From a virus (taxonomy: Duplodnaviria > Caudoviricetes), in the IMG/VR virus record IMGVR_UViG_3300007171_000004, positions 64,001-128,000 of that record: a stretch of 64,000 bases of DNA; one strand, 5' to 3'. Of this stretch, positions 60,557 through 64,000 are shown in pieces; the stretch's first letter is position 1; each line of letters opens with the position of its first letter. The position numbers and the translations under genes are program-made. The notes under the pieces were generated by a model that made no database searches, was not told the DNA's origin, and worked only from the letters and a program-made list of their open reading frames with translations.

Positions 60557-63500
60557 TTAAGAAACTGTAATATCTTCTGATCTTACAGGGTCGCCATACA
60601 TAGATCCGTCATAAGGTTTAACTATAAATGAAATTGTTTTGCCCTTTACAACTAAATTAGATGGAAGAGTTGCTTTAGTTGATATTGGCTGAAGTTCATC
60701 ATTGTAATACCAAGAAATACTGTTGGTAGATTCTTGTCCTTCGTAAATAATATTAGAGCTTCCAGTTTCACCATCATTAAATATAAATCTAGCTTTCAAT
60801 TCTGTGCCTTCTGTAACATAATTGACTCCACTAACTGTTGTCTTATTGGCGCATGCTATACTAACGTCATAAACATAAGGTCTTTTGGTTCCTAATAATG
60901 TAGCAATATTTGATTCATAAGGAATTCCAGTTGTAATTCCGTCAGAAGGTCTTACAATTACTTTAACTTTATCGGTGGAAATAAATAATGAATTTAAGTC
61001 GCTTAATTTTTGGACAGTTCTGTTATCGTAATTTGGCATTGAATTTGAAGCATTAACTCTTAAATATGCACCATTTGATCTTGATCTGTACCATTCTGTC
61101 TTAGTGTCTAATTCTTTATTGTTGTCTACTGAAACATATTTATATTCAATGTAGAGTCTTTCACTTACATTAGGAATAGATGGCAATAATTGTAATGTTC
61201 CAGGATAGATTGTTGGACTAGGAGAATTTGCAAAAGAATTCTCAAGATCTGAATTAGTTATTGTAGTATATGTTAATCCAAACTGTATCAACCCTAAAGA
61301 AACATTAGTGTAGTTTTTGATTTGAATACCAACTCTAAATTTATCTGACGGAGCAACATACACAGTAATCTTATCCGAATCATTTTGTTCCTGTGTGAAA
61401 GTAATTGTTCCTGATTCTCTATTTACAAAGTATCCACCACGAACAATAGAATTATTTTTAAGAACAATAATCGTTGAATCACTTGGATATCTACCATTAC
61501 TTAAATAATAAGTCCTGTTATCAATAGTAGTAGTTAATTCACCATTCAATTTATAAACTTCAGATGGTGTAGTTATGTCAACTGTTACAACTACTGTAGA
61601 TGGCTTTTCAGTACTAAAATAAATCAAACCATTTACATTATCAAGAGAATAATAACCATCACTGTCTGAAGTAGCAATACCATCTAATCTAATAGTGACA
61701 ATATCAGTAGAAGACCATTTGGCCTTTGACCCATTAACTTCATATACTTGATAAATAAAATAATCTGAAGTTTTTGTTGAAAGTCCAGTTTTGCTTACTT
61801 CATCTGTGAACAAAATCGATTCTTGTCTGTTAGGCAATACGCCATTTCTTCTGGAGATAATTGGTGAATAATCAGCCCAATCTAAAGAATCACCTCTACA
61901 AATTCCCCATGATAATTTAGCAGTTTCTGGGATTGAACTCTTTGGCGATAAAATATATTCAAACATAGATCCATTTATGTTCTGTGGATAAGTAAAGATA
62001 TAACTTGTTGATGGATTGATTATGACATGATAAAGTTCAGTTACAAATGGCTTAACAGGAGCAGACCCATTCCATCCATCAGCAAGAGTGACTTTATATT
62101 CAATTGCTAATATTTCTCTATTAATTAAGCTGTCAACATTATTAGTTAAAGTAATCCAGGAACTATAGCTTCTTCTATCGCTTGAATATCTATACTGTAT
62201 GATGCAGGAACTATTAACTGTTGAAAGAGGAGCAGTAAATGCACTATAAACTTTCGATACATAAGTCAAACTTTCATAATCAAATTTACGTGTCCATGAT
62301 GCTTTGAAAAGATTATTTGATCCGCCATGTAAGAAAGAATCAAATGTTGTGTCAAAATCCTGAGCATTGGCATCTGTAGAAATATGAATAAATTTTCCTC
62401 TAGATGTTCCAATTGTCTGAAGATCTTTGTTGAGGTTTGATTTACCTAACAAGAAACTATAAACATTTACTCCAAGATCATTCCAAGATGATTCAGCGGT
62501 TGTAACAATTTCATCAGCAGTATATTCTGATATATTTTTACCATCAGCAAAAATAGTTGAGAATGGAATATAAGAATTAGCCCATTTACTAACAAAATAA
62601 GTTCTAATATTCTCTGATGATTTGATAGTATTTATTTGACCATCCCAATCTGATCTTATAACAACCTTTAGAATATCTGTCAAAAGAAGAGGCGTAGAGA
62701 ATGTAATTTGACCTAAAGAGGGATTAATACTAAATCCTGATGATTGAACAATATTATTTACACTTACTTCGATATATGGATAAGTTGCAGTTGACCATGT
62801 AAAAGTGTCAATTCCATTCAAAGAAAGAGTGATTGGATTTACGTTTAACGCAGTTTTTGGAATTAAAGTTTCTTGATAATCTGATTGTGCATACCAAGAT
62901 TTCAATTCATCTAATCCAAGAGCATTAATAGAATTCAAATAATCTACAATTGCTCCAACTCTTATCTGATTATTTGCCTCATCATCAACTTTTAAAATAG
63001 ATTCAACAATTGCTTCAGGATTCATAGAAGTAATTGAAGCATTAACAGACTCTAATAATGTACTACTAATACCATTTTGCCTGAGAGCTGATACGTTAGA
63101 TTTTAATTGAGTTCTATTGTTGATAAATCCATTTGTTCTATCTTGCAACTTATTATTGAAAACATATTGAGATGTGTATGTTTTAGGGAATAAAGTTGAA
63201 ACTACTGTAGAATCTGTGCGATCATAAATTCTATCAATAAATCCATTAATTTCAGCCTCAAAATTAGATGTTCCAAATGCATTAAGAATAGAATATGAAT
63301 CATCAATCACCATAGACATTGCAAATTTAAAGTCGGTAGTTAAGTATCCACTATCATTTACAATAACACCTAAACTATCACCAAGAAGCCAATTGTTTAT
63401 ATTAAGCGAATTATTTCTTCCAGCAACCTCAATTGTTTCAGAATATTGATTTGTCCCTGTGAAATTAACTTTAAAATAGAAATCATCACCTGAATTTAAG

Positions 63501-64000
63501 GCTGACCAAGATGTCCCATTATTGCTTGAATATGTTCTTCCAAGAGTATATGGATTAGTCGAAGGTGATTTTTTCCATGTTACAATTGACAATCCTCCAA
63601 CATTATTTTCTTGTAATACTAAAGCATACGTCGAAGTTGAGTTAGGCAAAGTCACTGGAAGATTAATGCTATAAAATCCAGGGTATTTAATATCTCTGGC
63701 AAGCAACAAGTCATTGGTAATTGAGTTACTTGAAAAACCTGCCAAAATAAATCCAGAATTGCCAGTAAATCCTTGAGAAATGATAGATCCAACTGAATTT
63801 GATGTATTGTAAAATCCATTTGAAATCAAATTATTAATTGTTGTACTATTTGACAAAGCAATAGGAGTAGTTGGAATACCATTACCATCTGTTAAATATA
63901 TAGCAGCTGTAATTGTATTATTTAAAGATGCTTCATATAATGGATTAGTTTTAAGATCTTGTAATTCGAAATAACCAGAAATCTTAAATATCTGAGTTTG
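60557..64000 (-). CDS. Large virion structural protein with a vWA-like domain; 5' end lies beyond the window
   Basis: The frame stays open from the track's TTG at 63856 to base 64000 (QTQIFKISGYFELQDL...). MIDAS-like VIDDSYS, IFADG, VNVYSFLLG; repeated G.I.F beta units. Confidence 0.7.
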   Translation of the reverse strand, partial: QTQIFKISGYFELQDLKTNPLYEASLNNTITAAIYLTDGNGIPTTPIALSNSTTINNLISNGFYNTSNSVGSIISQGFTGNSGFILAGFSSNSITNDLLLARDIKYPGFYSINLPVTLPNSTSTYALVLQENNVGGLSIVTWKKSPSTNPYTLGRTYSSNNGTSWSALNSGDDFYFKVNFTGTNQYSETIEVAGRNNSLNINNWLLGDSLGVIVNDSGYLTTDFKFAMSMVIDDSYSILNAFGTSNFEAEINGFIDRIYDRTDSTVVSTLFPKTYTSQYVFNNKLQDRTNGFINNRTQLKSNVSALRQNGISSTLLESVNASITSMNPEAIVESILKVDDEANNQIRVGAIVDYLNSINALGLDELKSWYAQSDYQETLIPKTALNVNPITLSLNGIDTFTWSTATYPYIEVSVNNIVQSSGFSINPSLGQITFSTPLLLTDILKVVIRSDWDGQINTIKSSENIRTYFVSKWANSYIPFSTIFADGKNISEYTADEIVTTAESSWNDLGVNVYSFLLGKSNLNKDLQTIGTSRGKFIHISTDANAQDFDTTFDSFLHGGSNNLFKASWTRKFDYESLTYVSKVYSAFTAPLSTVNSSCIIQYRYSSDRRSYSSWITLTNNVDSLINREILAIEYKVTLADGWNGSAPVKPFVTELYHVIINPSTSYIFTYPQNINGSMFEYILSPKSSIPETAKLSWGICRGDSLDWADYSPIISRRNGVLPNRQESILFTDEVSKTGLSTKTSDYFIYQVYEVNGSKAKWSSTDIVTIRLDGIATSDSDGYYSLDNVNGLIYFSTEKPSTVVVTVDITTPSEVYKLNGELTTTIDNRTYYLSNGRYPSDSTIIVLKNNSIVRGGYFVNRESGTITFTQEQNDSDKITVYVAPSDKFRVGIQIKNYTNVSLGLIQFGLTYTTITNSDLENSFANSPSPTIYPGTLQLLPSIPNVSERLYIEYKYVSVDNNKELDTKTEWYRSRSNGAYLRVNASNSMPNYDNRTVQKLSDLNSLFISTDKVKVIVRPSDGITTGIPYESNIATLLGTKRPYVYDVSIACANKTTVSGVNYVTEGTELKARFIFNDGETGSSNIIYEGQESTNSISWYYNDELQPISTKATLPSNLVVKGKTISFIVKPYDGSMYGDPVRSEDITVS

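Larger units (their letters stand above)
1..64000. other. Segment of a jumbo/huge tailed bacteriophage genome
   Basis: Very high coding density, many stop-start overlaps and bacterial-type Shine-Dalgarno sites. Giant virion-type proteins sit among isolated gyrase, DnaK/DnaJ, RNase HII, UvsW-like helicase and PhoH genes that lack their usual bacterial operon neighbours. Inference from gene content. Confidence 0.88.

Noticed and set aside
1-64000. CRISPR array, tRNA or rRNA genes, IS elements or integrase
   Set aside because: The largest intergenic gap is about 230 nt and is explained by promoter, small ORF and terminator. No spaced direct repeats, cloverleaf motifs or transposase/recombinase ORFs seen.
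1-64000. Stop-codon reassignment (code 15 or 4), as in some huge phages
   Set aside because: Conserved genes are full length in code 11, and TAA, TAG and TGA all end genes at natural C-termini.

Overview
A compact, AT-rich segment of a very large (jumbo-type) bacteriophage genome, read in standard code 11. I found no tRNA, rRNA, CRISPR array, integrase or transposase. Left arm: a ClpX gene running off the left edge (missed by the ORF track), hypothetical genes, a J-domain protein, a PIN-PhoH fusion and a 1.65-kaa repeat-rich virion protein. Centre: a true gyrase pair (gyrB-gyrA, with GyrA-box) coupled to about 32 kb of giant lectin-rich putative fibre/adhesin genes. Six of these share one scaffold with LamG and PA14 modules added at different sites. 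The seventh, about 2,809 aa, has its reading frame open 146 codons upstream of the annotated start and probably initiates at ATA. Two paralogous tail-tube-like genes follow. Right arm (minus strand): MerC-family protein, RNase HII, DnaK, a UvsW-like helicase, DnaJ, a trypsin-like protease, signal peptidase I, a subtilisin and a vWA-containing structural protein cut by the right edge. The most notable points are a phage-encoded chaperone/protease kit whose DnaK has lost the salt bridges linked to GrpE dependence, a 16-bp palindromic promoter element shared by dnaK and the helicase, an unannotated 23-aa ORF with its own promoter and terminator, and the modular adhesin array. All family assignments come from motifs recognised by eye; no database searches were run.
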